From positions 1-64,000 of the forward strand of contig JACQQD010000003.1 in the NCBI GenBank assembly GCA_016207165.1: a stretch of DNA of 64,000 nt. The letters are read 5' to 3'. Positions 36,820 through 46,608 of this stretch are shown here, piece after piece. Source of the stretch: Candidatus Micrarchaeota archaeon. GTDB lineage: Archaea; Micrarchaeota; Micrarchaeia; Norongarragalinales; Norongarragalinaceae. The position numbers were made by a program, and so were the translations under genes. The notes beneath the pieces were generated by a model. It saw nothing but the letters and a program-made list of their open reading frames with translations, made no database searches and was not told the origin of the DNA. Position 1 is the stretch's first letter. Each line of letters starts with the position of its first letter.

Positions 36820-38529
36820 ATGGCCGCGGAATTGGGCGTTTCGTTTGTCGACGTGGGTTGGCTCGTGTTCTTCGCGGCGCTGGCCAGCATTTTGGCGGCG
36901 CGGTTCGGAGTTCCCCCGGTTCTGGCACTGCTTGGAGCCGGCGTTTTAATCGGCCCGCACGCGTTGGGGTTGATCACGGAAAACCAAGTCGTCTCGTTTT
37001 TCGCGGAAATCGGGGCCGTGCTCTTGCTGTTTACCATCGGAGCCGAGTTCAGTCTCTCCAAACTCCGTCAATACGGCGCCAAAGCGTTTTCCATCGGCTT
37101 GATCAAATTGGCCGTGGTATTCTGGCTGTCGTACCAGACGGCAAGGCTGTTGTCGTTGGATGGGTTGACGTCGTTGTACGTCGCCGCGATTTTGGCCATT
37201 ACCAGCACGGCGTTGACCATCAAAATCTTGGAAGGCCACCAATTGGCTTCGCGCGAGGAAGTGCCGTATTTGGTGGCTTCCCTGGTGGTGGAGGACATCT
37301 TCGCCATCTTCGCCTTGGTGTTCTTTTCCACGTCGGACCAAGCTGGAGCCACGGCGCTGGGTTTGGCCACCTCGATTTTGGTGGCGTTGGCGGTTCTAAG
37401 CGTAGCGTACTTCGTCGTCCTGCGGTTGCTTGGCAAACTCATGGAGTGGCTGGACCAGTACAGCGTCCAGGAAACCACGCTGTTCTTGGGGTTGACCCTT
37501 GCCATCGGATTTAGTTTTTTGGCGCAAAGCGTGGGGCTCACGGCATCCATCGGCGCGTTTCTGGCCGGTTCCGTGGTGGCGTCCTTACCGAAGGGAAAGG
37601 CGTTGGAGCACGCCCTCGCGCCGTTTGCCTTGGTGTTCTCCGCCATCTTCTTCGTCTCCATCGGCTTAAACGTCAACCTGCAAAGCGTGCTGGACCACGG
37701 AGTCCTGGTAATCATCTTTGGCGGTTTGGGCGCGTTGTACCGATTCCTTGGAACCGGCATGAGCATGTATCTGAACGGGTTTTCCTCGAAAAGCGCGGCA
37801 TTCAGTGGCTTGGCCATGATGGCCGCCGGAGAATTCTCCTTGGTCATTGCAAGCCAGGGCGCCAAAGTGGTTTCCGGTTTCGATTTGGTCAGCGTCACAT
37901 CCGCGGTGGTGTTCCTCTCCACACTGTTAGTCAGCGTCAGCGTGCCGCATCACGCCGCCGCCTACCGCATCGGCAAAAACGTGGTACCCCAATTCATGCA
38001 GAAAAGCGCGCGGCGGACGGCCGTGGGCCTCACCATGATTCTAAACGCCTTCAGCCAGTTGCCGTACACGGCCCGCGAACAACTCCAGAAATTCAAGGTG
38101 GACGCGGCCGTAGTCAGCATCGTCATTAGCGCCACGGCGGCTTTGCTTTGGATATTCGGGGAAGGAACCGTTTCGCTCTTGGGCAACGTGGTGCCGTGGT
38201 ACGCCGTCATCTTGTCCATCAGCACCCTGGTGCTGTTGCCGATTCTGTTCCGCATCGGCCAGGAACTCTTCTTCGTTCTGTCTTACGTGGAACGCAAGAC
38301 GCGCGCGGCCAGCGCCATGAACTGGACGGCGCTGGTGATTTTGGCCGGGCTTCTGCTTTTGATTCCCTTCGCGTTGACGTACTGGCAACGGGAATTGGGC
38401 ATCGGCGACATCGCGTTACTGGTGCTGGTCTTGGTGGGCGGATTTTACGCCTTCAACTTGAAGACGTCCAACCGCGAAGCGAATTCCGTGTTCCTCAGCG
38501 ACGACCGCTGGAACGGAAAGAAGAAGTGA
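36820..38529 (+). CDS. CPA2 (KefB-like) cation:proton antiporter
   Basis: Multi-TM; LLFTIGAEF, VVEDI, GAFLAG, GEFSLVIA. Confidence 0.9.
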   Translation: MAAELGVSFVDVGWLVFFAALASILAARFGVPPVLALLGAGVLIGPHALGLITENQVVSFFAEIGAVLLLFTIGAEFSLSKLRQYGAKAFSIGLIKLAVVFWLSYQTARLLSLDGLTSLYVAAILAITSTALTIKILEGHQLASREEVPYLVASLVVEDIFAIFALVFFSTSDQAGATALGLATSILVALAVLSVAYFVVLRLLGKLMEWLDQYSVQETTLFLGLTLAIGFSFLAQSVGLTASIGAFLAGSVVASLPKGKALEHALAPFALVFSAIFFVSIGLNVNLQSVLDHGVLVIIFGGLGALYRFLGTGMSMYLNGFSSKSAAFSGLAMMAAGEFSLVIASQGAKVVSGFDLVSVTSAVVFLSTLLVSVSVPHHAAAYRIGKNVVPQFMQKSARRTAVGLTMILNAFSQLPYTAREQLQKFKVDAAVVSIVISATAALLWIFGEGTVSLLGNVVPWYAVILSISTLVLLPILFRIGQELFFVLSYVERKTRAASAMNWTALVILAGLLLLIPFALTYWQRELGIGDIALLVLVLVGGFYAFNLKTSNREANSVFLSDDRWNGKKK

Positions 38530-38533
38530 TTTC

Positions 38534-39517
38534 ATGCGTTGGGCGGCCATGACATCCAACCGGCCAAAAAACGCGGCCAAAACTCTCCAGGCGTACGGCA
38601 AGGTTTCCTGGATTTTGGTGTGCCCCGAACGGTTTCGCGCCGACATGAAAACCGCGGCCAAGGACGCCGACGTAACGGTGGTCACCGAAGAGGCGTTCCT
38701 CAATGAAATGCCGAGACGGTTGCACGCCCCGTTTGCCAAAGGATTTGGAGGCTGGCGCAACATGGCTCTCGCTTTTTGCTCCAAGGAGAAAAAAGACGTC
38801 GTGTTCTTGGACGATGACACCACGCCGCAGAACAACGTATTGGAGCGCTTTGACGCGCTCATGCCGGAAAAAGGCATGGTGCTTGGAAAGTACGGCCACC
38901 ACGTGGGCGGCGCGTCCACCGCCCTATTGGATTTGACGCACGCCCTGGAAAAATTCAACCAAAAAAAGCTGAGGGAAAAAGAGTTCCTGCGGAGGCTTGA
39001 GGAACGCCTGCAGGGCGTGCCGCCGGAACAAAGGCCGGTTCAAGGCGCGGGGGCCGTGGGAGGATGCCTTGGCATTTCGGCGGCAACAGCCCAAAACCAA
39101 TGCTTTTTTCCATCCGTTTACCGCGTCGAGGACGGAACGTATGCCGCGTTATGCGCGGGAAACGTCGTCCAGCCCTCCATGGAAGAAGCCCCAATGGTCC
39201 GGCACGAGAAAGAGGGAAGACCCGACGGACTTCGTTCTGAACTCCAATCCGACCTGGACGGCAACGTCGTGGCCGCCTACGTGGTGGCCCGCGAAAAAAA
39301 CGAGCCGATGGCATGGGACGACCTCAAAAAGCGAATCCGTAAAGGACTCTTGGTGGACTACTTTCAGGAAAAATACGCGAAAACAGAATTCCGACACCCC
39401 GACTTGGACCGCATTGCGCAATTGCAGGTGCGAGTCAGCGAAGCCCAGGCGGACGACGCTTGCACGTCGTACCGGGACGCGCAGGCCATTTGGCTGGAAG
39501 CGTGGGAAACCGCATGA
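38534..39517 (+). CDS. Putative GT-A fold glycosyltransferase
   Basis: GFGGWRN and VVFLDDD (DxD), RVEDG motifs. Confidence 0.6.
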   Translation: MRWAAMTSNRPKNAAKTLQAYGKVSWILVCPERFRADMKTAAKDADVTVVTEEAFLNEMPRRLHAPFAKGFGGWRNMALAFCSKEKKDVVFLDDDTTPQNNVLERFDALMPEKGMVLGKYGHHVGGASTALLDLTHALEKFNQKKLREKEFLRRLEERLQGVPPEQRPVQGAGAVGGCLGISAATAQNQCFFPSVYRVEDGTYAALCAGNVVQPSMEEAPMVRHEKEGRPDGLRSELQSDLDGNVVAAYVVAREKNEPMAWDDLKKRIRKGLLVDYFQEKYAKTEFRHPDLDRIAQLQVRVSEAQADDACTSYRDAQAIWLEAWETA

Positions 39518-41274
39518 TGTTAAGCGCATTGTTTTTGGTTTCCGCGTTTTTGATGGGGCTAGCGATTTTCCCAAGGGAGAAAAACAACGGGGTTTGGGCG
39601 GTTTTGGCTGGCTCCGCCATCGCCGCCGCCACGCTTTTTTTGGTTTCAATGGGCTTGGGCCTCAACCCAGCCAGTCTCGTGTTTTCTTCCCTGCTTTTGT
39701 TGGCCGCCGCCGGAATGCTCCACCTCAAAAACCCGATCCGACTCTCGCTGGAAAAAGACGTGCGCATCCTGGCTGTCCTGGCCTTCGCGTTCTTTCTTTT
39801 GGCGGGTTATGCGTTGTTCCACGTCGACGACGTGCCGCGGGGCGTGCGCATCGATTTCGGGTTTCACGCCAGCATGGTGTCGGGGTTGGTTCAAGGAGGC
39901 GAAGTGCCCATGGAGAATCCCCTTTTCGCCGGCACGGCGCTGCGTTACTATTATTTGCCGCAGGTCTTCATGGCGGCGCTGGACGTCGGGGGACTTGATT
40001 TGCCTTGGGCCATGGCCGTTTCGTTCGCGTTGTGGAATGCGGCGCTGGTAACGGGAATTTTTTTGCTGGCGCGGCAGTGGTTTTCCAGGAAAGCCGTGGC
40101 GTACCTGGCCGTATTCTTGTTTTTGATGAATGGATCCTTCGCGTTTCTGCCGTATTTGGAGACTCACGGCGTGGTCGGCAACCTCGGCGCGTTTTTGCAG
40201 GACCCCGGCTTCTTGTCGGATTACCGGTCCACGGGGTTTCCCTTTGAAAACAACTTGGTGGCCCAGCTTTTCTTCACGCGCAGTTTCCCGCTGGGCTTTG
40301 GCATCCTGGTTTTGCTGTTGTACGGCTTGAAGGAAAAATGGGATTCCCGAAAAACCGGGGTCCTGGCCGGAATTCTTCCGCTGGTGCATTTGCCGTCCTT
40401 CGTTCTTTGGGTGCTGTTCGCCGTGACGTACGCCGCCTTTTTCGACCGGAAAAGACACTGGCTCACGCACGCCATGGTGGCATTGCCCTTGGCGGCGCCA
40501 GGACTCTGGTTTCTGCTTGAAAGCGGCGCCACGCAAAGCATTCGTTGGCATGCCGGGTGGATGGCGCCGGATGCCACGCCCTGGGGAATGCTTGTTTTTT
40601 GGGCCGGCAACATCGGATTGTTTTTGGTTTTAGCCGCGTACGCGTGGCCCAAGCAAAAAACGGTTGTACAACATGTTTTTTTGGCAGGAATTCCCGCCTT
40701 TGTCTTGGGAAACGCGATCCTAGTGGCACCCAATCCGTGGGACAACATCAAACTCTTCCTGCTTTTCTTTTTGGCCTTGGCACTCTTGGCCGCCGAAGGC
40801 CTGGCCGCGCTTTGGCAGAAAGGCATGGCTTGGAAAGCCGCCGCCGTCATCCTCGTGTTCTTCATGACATTGACCGGATTGCTGCACGCCGAAACCGTGT
40901 TGGCTCACGCTTCCGACGAGATGTATCCCGCCAACGACTGGAAGGCCTGCCAGTGGGCCAAAGAAAACCTTTCCACCCGTGCGTTGCTTTTGACGGACGG
41001 CACGCACACCTGCGCTTCAGCCATCCAGGGATTCCAAGTCTTCTTGGGTCCCTTGGAGTGGATCGAAAACCATGGCATTGCCTATGAAAACCAGTTGGCG
41101 GAAAACAACGCCATGCTCGCCGGAGACTGCCAGGCCTTGAAGGAAAACGGCGCAACCCATTTTTACCGGGGCGGGTATTTGGGGAGAAACGCGTGGGTGA
41201 ACCAATCGTTCTGGAACGCCCAGGAAAAAGCGTATGACGCCCAAGGCGTGGCCATATACAAGGTAAGTTGCTAG
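39514..41274 (+). CDS. Polytopic membrane protein, probable GT-C glycosyltransferase
   Basis: Many TM helices; D..FH and P.ENP.FAG..LRYY motifs; C-terminal soluble domain. Confidence 0.7.
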   Translation: MMLSALFLVSAFLMGLAIFPREKNNGVWAVLAGSAIAAATLFLVSMGLGLNPASLVFSSLLLLAAAGMLHLKNPIRLSLEKDVRILAVLAFAFFLLAGYALFHVDDVPRGVRIDFGFHASMVSGLVQGGEVPMENPLFAGTALRYYYLPQVFMAALDVGGLDLPWAMAVSFALWNAALVTGIFLLARQWFSRKAVAYLAVFLFLMNGSFAFLPYLETHGVVGNLGAFLQDPGFLSDYRSTGFPFENNLVAQLFFTRSFPLGFGILVLLLYGLKEKWDSRKTGVLAGILPLVHLPSFVLWVLFAVTYAAFFDRKRHWLTHAMVALPLAAPGLWFLLESGATQSIRWHAGWMAPDATPWGMLVFWAGNIGLFLVLAAYAWPKQKTVVQHVFLAGIPAFVLGNAILVAPNPWDNIKLFLLFFLALALLAAEGLAALWQKGMAWKAAAVILVFFMTLTGLLHAETVLAHASDEMYPANDWKACQWAKENLSTRALLLTDGTHTCASAIQGFQVFLGPLEWIENHGIAYENQLAENNAMLAGDCQALKENGATHFYRGGYLGRNAWVNQSFWNAQEKAYDAQGVAIYKVSC

Positions 41275-42095
41275 ACGCCGGAAACGATGCGCAACAAGTC
41301 CCTTGTTCCCGGGGCCAAGCCGAAAATCGTGATTAGCAAAAGAACAAAGTTGCGTTCGTTGACTGCGGTTTCCTTGCGCAAGACTTCCGCGGCCACCAAG
41401 GCAAAGCCAATCTTGATGGCGAAAAAAAGCCAAGGCCCCGCCGCACCGATCAAAAAATTGCCCAGCACGTGCTGCTCCGCGTACCCGGCAAAATTCGTGC
41501 CGACAAACGTTGCCGCGCCGTCAAACACCTGGCCGAACACCATGAACGAAACCAACGCGTCGCCTGGAACCTGGCGCACGTGGTTTACAAGCCAATACAA
41601 GCCAAAAGCCAAGGCGGCCAAGCCCAAGATCATGAACCCGGAAACAAAGTCCTTGAATCCAGGCACCAACACAAAAAACGCGGCGGCGGCATACACGGTT
41701 CCGGCTTTTCCAACCCCGTCCAGCGTCTTTTGCTTGTTTTTCGTGGCCATCCACCAGACGCCGGCGGTCACCGCCAACAACAGAAAAATCAGGACGTAAA
41801 TGTAGGGCGTGACGAAGGGATACAATTCCAAGCCGCCCAGGTTCACCACGCGCGGCAAGATTTGGGCGTCCTCAAACACGCGGAAAATGCCGCCGAAGAC
41901 CACGAACGGCAAAATCGCGTAAAAGAATTTCTTGTCAATATCCACCCCGGTTTTCCGCAAGCCACGGAAAATCAGGTACACGGCGAGTAAAGCGATGATG
42001 GCGTAAACGGCCGTGTTGTAGACATTGTACGGCGCGTATTGGTCCTGGTACAGAATCGGGTTGATGAAGTATTCCTGGATGAAGTCGGAAACCAT
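41271..42095 (-). CDS. DUF63 family membrane protein
   Basis: YNVYNT, RVFEDA, DGAAT, EQHVL, GLAPGTRD. Confidence 0.9.
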   Translation of the reverse strand: MVSDFIQEYFINPILYQDQYAPYNVYNTAVYAIIALLAVYLIFRGLRKTGVDIDKKFFYAILPFVVFGGIFRVFEDAQILPRVVNLGGLELYPFVTPYIYVLIFLLLAVTAGVWWMATKNKQKTLDGVGKAGTVYAAAAFFVLVPGFKDFVSGFMILGLAALAFGLYWLVNHVRQVPGDALVSFMVFGQVFDGAATFVGTNFAGYAEQHVLGNFLIGAAGPWLFFAIKIGFALVAAEVLRKETAVNERNFVLLLITIFGLAPGTRDLLRIVSGV

Positions 42096-42138
42096 GCAAT
42101 ACGATGCCGTCGTCGTTCAAGTTGTTTAAGCTTTGCGT

Positions 42139-42852
42139 TTAATCCAGTCCCACGACCCGCCAACTTTGGTTGAACACGGCTCGGCCCTCCAAAAACCGTG
42201 CCTTCAAAGGTATTTCCGTTTTTTGCCGGCGCACCGGACAGACTTCGTTGAGCACGCAAATCCCGCACTTGGGGGTTTTTGGAAGGCACAGGTTCTGTCC
42301 GAACAAGACGAACACGTTGTTCAGATGCCGCCATTGGCCTTGGGGGTACAAGGCCTTCAGTGCGGCTTCCGTCTGTTCGGGAGTCTTCGTGCGGACCAAC
42401 CCCAGCCAATTGGCGATGCGGTGCACGTGCACGTCAACAGCAATGGCTTGTTTTTGGAAAGCGTAATTCAAAACGCAGGACGCCGTCTTCCGACCCACTC
42501 CCGGCAACGACAAAAGCGCCTCCATGGAATCCGGCACCAAGCCTCCAAAATCCCTCAACAACTGTTGCGCCAGGGCGTGGATGTAGCGGGATTTGGCTCG
42601 GTAAAACCCGATGGGCCTGATGAGTTGCTCGATGCGTTTCAACGGAGCGCGAGCCAGTTTTTCCGGCGAGTCGTAGTGCTTGAACAACTCGTTGGCCACC
42701 CGCGCCGTGGTCTCGTCCTTGGTGCGCGCCGACAACACCGTTCCCACCAAAATCCGAAACGCCGTGGGCTCCGAGCCGGAATACGCTGTGGCGTTGCCAA
42801 ACAAGCGGCGGAGGCGCTTGAAGACGAATTGGGGTTTAGGGGAATGCGGCAT
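42139..42852 (-). CDS. nth: Endonuclease III
   Basis: LSARTKD, LPGVGRKTA, VDVHVHR, FeS CLPKTPKCGIC..C. Confidence 0.95.
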   Translation of the reverse strand: MPHSPKPQFVFKRLRRLFGNATAYSGSEPTAFRILVGTVLSARTKDETTARVANELFKHYDSPEKLARAPLKRIEQLIRPIGFYRAKSRYIHALAQQLLRDFGGLVPDSMEALLSLPGVGRKTASCVLNYAFQKQAIAVDVHVHRIANWLGLVRTKTPEQTEAALKALYPQGQWRHLNNVFVLFGQNLCLPKTPKCGICVLNEVCPVRRQKTEIPLKARFLEGRAVFNQSWRVVGLD

Positions 42853-42894
42853 GAACACCCAAACGGTTTAACAAATCTCAAGCAATAAAGAATT

Positions 42895-43917
42895 ATGCTC
42901 GCTCTGAAAGTCGAGAAAAAAAGGGCCCAAACCGCCAAGGAATGGCTGGTCCAGAAAGGCATTCTCGCCTCGGGAGTCAAAGCCCTGCGCGACGACGCAT
43001 ACGTCTATTTTGCCGTAACGAAAAAAACCGAGACGCCGTTTGACGCCTCCTTCACCCAAAAAACCTTTGAAGCCACGCCCACGGTGCCTTCGTTTAGAAA
43101 AGCCTTGGAGGACCGCCTCGGAAAAAAGCTGGCCGAAGCGGCTACAGCCAGCTTTGACACCATCGGCGAAACGGCCATCATCGAAGTGCGCGACGAACAC
43201 AAGACATGGGCCAAGAAAATTGCTTCCGCGCTCTTGGACTCCAACCCCAAAATCAAGACGGTCTTGGGCAAGGCCTCGGCCATGCAAGGCGAGTACCGCG
43301 TGCGAAAACTGGTTTGGCTGGCCGGAAAAAAGACGTTCGACGTGACGTACCGGGAAAGCGGATGCGTCATGGCCTTTGATTTGAGGAAAACGTATTTCTC
43401 GACGCGGCTGAGTTTTGAACGCGGCCGCATCGCGTCGAAAGTCAAACCCCGCGAAAACGTGCTGGCGCTTTTCGCCGGCGTGGGGCCGTTTGCCCTGGTC
43501 ATCGCCAAAAAACAGCCGGCATGCCACGTCGTGGCCATTGAACTGAATCCGTACGCCGCGAAAACAATGCAGGAAAACGTTCAGCGCAACCACGCGCAAA
43601 ACGTGACGGCGATTCAAGGCGACGTGCGAAAGGTATTGAAAGACTACGCCCAGTGGGCGGACCGCGTCACCATGCCGCTTCCGCACACGGGCCACGACTT
43701 TCTGCAGGATGCCATTTCAGCCACGAAATCCGGGGGCGTCATTCATTTCTACGGTTTCGGCGGCGAAAAGGAAGGCGTGTACAGAAACGCGCTTTCCTCC
43801 ATAAGGCGCGCCGGCCAGAAAACGAAAGTGAAATGCCGGGTCCTGGAAAAGCGCGTGGTTCGCCCCTACGCGCCCAGCGTCTACCAAGTCGTCGTGGACT
43901 TCAAAGTCACTCGTTAA
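42895..43917 (+). CDS. Trm5/Tyw2 (Met-10+) family tRNA methyltransferase
   Basis: KTYFSTRL..ER, LFAGVGPF, ELNP, MPLP, VRPYAP. Confidence 0.9.
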   Translation: MLALKVEKKRAQTAKEWLVQKGILASGVKALRDDAYVYFAVTKKTETPFDASFTQKTFEATPTVPSFRKALEDRLGKKLAEAATASFDTIGETAIIEVRDEHKTWAKKIASALLDSNPKIKTVLGKASAMQGEYRVRKLVWLAGKKTFDVTYRESGCVMAFDLRKTYFSTRLSFERGRIASKVKPRENVLALFAGVGPFALVIAKKQPACHVVAIELNPYAAKTMQENVQRNHAQNVTAIQGDVRKVLKDYAQWADRVTMPLPHTGHDFLQDAISATKSGGVIHFYGFGGEKEGVYRNALSSIRRAGQKTKVKCRVLEKRVVRPYAPSVYQVVVDFKVTR

Positions 43918-43945
43918 ACAAACCGAACGCTTTCGTGCAACACTC

Positions 43946-44093
43946 ACTGGTGCTTGATGAGTTGCACCAAGCCGTCAATGCGCTTGTCACACCGAATCCT
44001 CGGGGGAACCCAGGTTCCCCCTGGAGATTCGCGCCTCCTCGCCCCCTCCTACTGGTGCTTGATGAGTTGCACCAAGCCGTCAATGCGCTTGTC
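43946..44093. repeat. 43-bp direct repeat flanking a 62-bp palindromic insert
   Basis: ACTGGTGCTTGATGAGTTGCACCAAGCCGTCAATGCGCTTGTC at 43946-43988 and 44051-44093; GGGGGAACC-CA-GGTTCCCCC between them. Confidence 0.92.
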
Positions 44094-44312
44094 CAGGTAC
44101 GCGTGATCCGTCTTGGAATCCAGTTCCGCACGCATGCGTTGCACGTCGGATTTAAGCGCCAGGGACTGCTGTTCCAGCGACGACAAGAGGCCCTCCAACT
44201 GTTTCGCGTCGTTGGACAACTGTTTCTGGAAGCGGTGCGTGTTCTGCAACAGCAAAATCACGACGCCCGCGGACACTGCGACGGTTAACGCCGTAAACGC
44301 GTCCAACTCCAT
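44049..44312 (-). CDS. Small TM-anchored coiled-coil protein
   Basis: N-terminal TM then heptad-rich region. Confidence 0.7.
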   Translation of the reverse strand: MELDAFTALTVAVSAGVVILLLQNTHRFQKQLSNDAKQLEGLLSSLEQQSLALKSDVQRMRAELDSKTDHAYLDKRIDGLVQLIKHQ

Positions 44313-44313
44313 G

Positions 44314-44634
44314 CTACGTCAACCTCACGCGCACCGAAGGGTTGACTTCGCCCAGCGCCTCGGTTTTTTGGCGTAACACGGCGTTGCCCGTGGCGCGGCT
44401 CAAAAGCTTCTCGGTGTCCTGGTACGACGCCTTGGCCTGCATTGCCTTGGAAAGCTCGCCGAGGTTGGACTTAAGCGCGTCAAAGTCGTGCACCACCAAT
44501 TCGGCGCGGGAACGCATGGCCGCAAACCGCTTCTCCATGGCGTTGGCGGCCTGGTAGACGTAGACGAACAAGACGGCGCCTAAAATGCCGATGCCTCCCG
44601 CCGCGATGCCGACCAGGGTGAGGGGGTCAACCAT
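44314..44634 (-). CDS. Small TM-anchored coiled-coil protein
   Basis: N-terminal TM then heptad-rich region; adjacent to the previous gene. Confidence 0.7.
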   Translation of the reverse strand: MVDPLTLVGIAAGGIGILGAVLFVYVYQAANAMEKRFAAMRSRAELVVHDFDALKSNLGELSKAMQAKASYQDTEKLLSRATGNAVLRQKTEALGEVNPSVRVRLT

Positions 44635-44657
44635 TCACAGAAAAACGGTTTCCGCGT

Positions 44658-45254
44658 TTAAATACGTTGGCGGCTCGCGGAAAGCATGTAGACGTGCCAT
44701 GGCACGGGCGGAAAGCCGATGGAAACAGGATCAAGCTTTCGGGCTTTCAACGCCTTGAGTTGGCGCACACGGACCTGGTCAGACGGCAAAACGAAAAAAG
44801 CCGCGTGTCGAAAGCCGGAATCGCTTTGCTCGACGTGTTCGACGCGTGCTCGGTCCAAAGCGGCGTCCACGCCCTGGTCCCTGAAGTCCGGGTGAACCAC
44901 CAGGGAATGCATTTGCGCCACGTGATGGACGTCGCGGCCGCGAAACATGAGTTTGGCGTGAAGGCGCCTTCGATCCGCCTCACTTAAACAAGACGTGAAA
45001 TCGGACAGGGGACCCAGCATGGCAATGCCCACCGGCTGGTTGTTGGGAGCCAAGGCGACAAAACAAGCCGTCCGGCCATGTTTTTCATGGGCCGGCGCGT
45101 CAAGCCAGGACCAATACGATTCAATCACGTCGTCGGCCGTATGGCCGGAAACCAAAAACTGTTCCGGGGGAGCGTGTCGAATCAAGTCAAGAGCTTTTTG
45201 CTGAATGCGGGCCGGCAAGTGCTCCAAGCGGCGAACTTCAAAACCCGGCTTCAT
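44658..45254 (-). CDS. GNAT-family acetyltransferase-like protein
   Basis: CFVA..PVG, LVVHPDFRDQGV acetyl-CoA-binding motif. Confidence 0.7.
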   Translation of the reverse strand: MKPGFEVRRLEHLPARIQQKALDLIRHAPPEQFLVSGHTADDVIESYWSWLDAPAHEKHGRTACFVALAPNNQPVGIAMLGPLSDFTSCLSEADRRRLHAKLMFRGRDVHHVAQMHSLVVHPDFRDQGVDAALDRARVEHVEQSDSGFRHAAFFVLPSDQVRVRQLKALKARKLDPVSIGFPPVPWHVYMLSASRQRI

Positions 45255-45304
45255 GGAACGACGATGATACGCTAACTGGAAATTAAACGTTTACAGAAAG
45301 AAGA

Positions 45305-45423
45305 GTGACAGCAGCAACCCGCGTTCCCACCTGAAAAGGCAGTACTGGCAGGGTCGTACGGGGGCTTTGCTTCTGTGTTCGGAAAGGGAACAGGCGTTAC
45401 CCCCCGCCTATGGCCGCTGTCGT
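45305..45423 (-). rRNA. rrf: 5S rRNA (stand-alone)
   Basis: Reverse complement GACAGCGGCCATAGGC...CCCTTTCCGAACACAGAAGCAAAGCC...AGTACTG...GGGAAC...GCTGCTGTC; terminal helix pairs; ends approximate. Confidence 0.93.
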
Positions 45424-45445
45424 ACCAAGGGTGCAAGAGGGGATA

Positions 45446-45874
45446 TTAATAGCTTCCTCTTCGATGGAAAGAGAACACGCGCTGGAAGTGGCGCTCCAAG
45501 CGTCGGACGACCGTCGCCGAGTCAAAGAGGCGGAACTGATTTTTTTGCCTTCTTGAAAAAACGATTCGTATGCGCGGACGGTTTTCCGAGCCCCCAAAAT
45601 CGGCGCGTTGCGCTTGGCGGCGCCGGGCCACGTATTGCTGGAAGGCGGTGTTGATCTCTTTTCGGGCCGCCGGAGAAAGCGTTTCCACGTTGGTGATTTC
45701 AACCACGAGACGCGAATCGGCGGGAGAAACCCCGGATTGCTTGGGCAGCGTGTATTCGGGGCGGACGGAAACGAAAAACCGGGGACCGATTCCGCTGACT
45801 TCAGCGGGCGCGTGGTGGCGTAGAAGAATGTCCTGGATTCGGTCAACTAGTCGCGCCGGCACAAAGCCTAACAT
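45446..45874 (-). CDS. Hypothetical protein
   Basis: ORF between 5S rRNA and rpl1; ATG 45874. Confidence 0.45.
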   Translation of the reverse strand: MLGFVPARLVDRIQDILLRHHAPAEVSGIGPRFFVSVRPEYTLPKQSGVSPADSRLVVEITNVETLSPAARKEINTAFQQYVARRRQAQRADFGGSENRPRIRIVFSRRQKNQFRLFDSATVVRRLERHFQRVFSFHRRGSY

Positions 45875-45971
45875 AGTCCAAAACGCTTTTAAAGCCGCTT
45901 GGGCACGGAGAGTACCTGCACGTTTTCCCGAAACACTATTCCGCTTTGCGGAATAGGAGGGGCAACACAAA

Positions 45972-46604
45972 ATGCATTACGACAAGAAGCACATCGGCCA
46001 GGCCGTCCAACAAGCCCTTACTGACAAGGGGGAGAAAAAATTCACTCAGAGCCTGGATTTGGCCATTTCGTTTCGAGACTTGGACCTCAAACGCCCTGAG
46101 AACCGAATCAATTTGGACGTGGTCCTGCCGTTTGCGCCCAAGAAAAAGCCGGTGGCGCTTTTCGCCGACGGCGAACTGGCGTACAACGCGAAAGACCAAG
46201 TCGACAAAGTCATTGGAAAAGCCGACATTGAATCCATTTCCAAGGACAAGAAACGCCGAAAAGAGCTCTTGGACTACCGCTTTTTGTCGGACCCCAAGCT
46301 CATGGCCGACGTCGGCAAAAACCTGGGCCAGACCCTCGCGCCGAGGGGCTTGTTGCCCAAACCCCTGCCGCCGGGCGCCAACCTCCGGGATGCCGTGGAC
46401 CGCATCCGCCGCTCCGTCTCGCTGAAAACCAAGAACTTGCCGGTCGTGCACTGCATCATCGGCAACGAGCGGATGCCCCCCGATGAAATTACGGAGAACG
46501 TGCAGGCCGTCATGGAAGCCGTGCTCAAGATTGTCCCGGAACACCAAGTCGCCAGCGTCTTTGTGAAAAGCACGATGGGCAAACCCGTGAAAGTGGGCGG
46601 ATGA
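45972..46604 (+). CDS. rpl1: 50S ribosomal protein L1
   Basis: KKFTQSLDL, LGQTLAPRG, KSTMGKP. Confidence 0.96.
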   Translation: MHYDKKHIGQAVQQALTDKGEKKFTQSLDLAISFRDLDLKRPENRINLDVVLPFAPKKKPVALFADGELAYNAKDQVDKVIGKADIESISKDKKRRKELLDYRFLSDPKLMADVGKNLGQTLAPRGLLPKPLPPGANLRDAVDRIRRSVSLKTKNLPVVHCIIGNERMPPDEITENVQAVMEAVLKIVPEHQVASVFVKSTMGKPVKVGG

Positions 46605-46608
46605 AATC

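Noticed and set aside
43946-44093. CRISPR array
   Set aside because: Only two copies, the repeat is the coding end of a gene, and there are no cas genes in the window
45936-45956. Hairpin CTATTCCGC/GCGGAATAG before rpl1 as an L1 autoregulatory site
   Set aside because: The hairpin is real, but it lacks the asymmetric internal loop of known L1-binding sites, so evidence is insufficient
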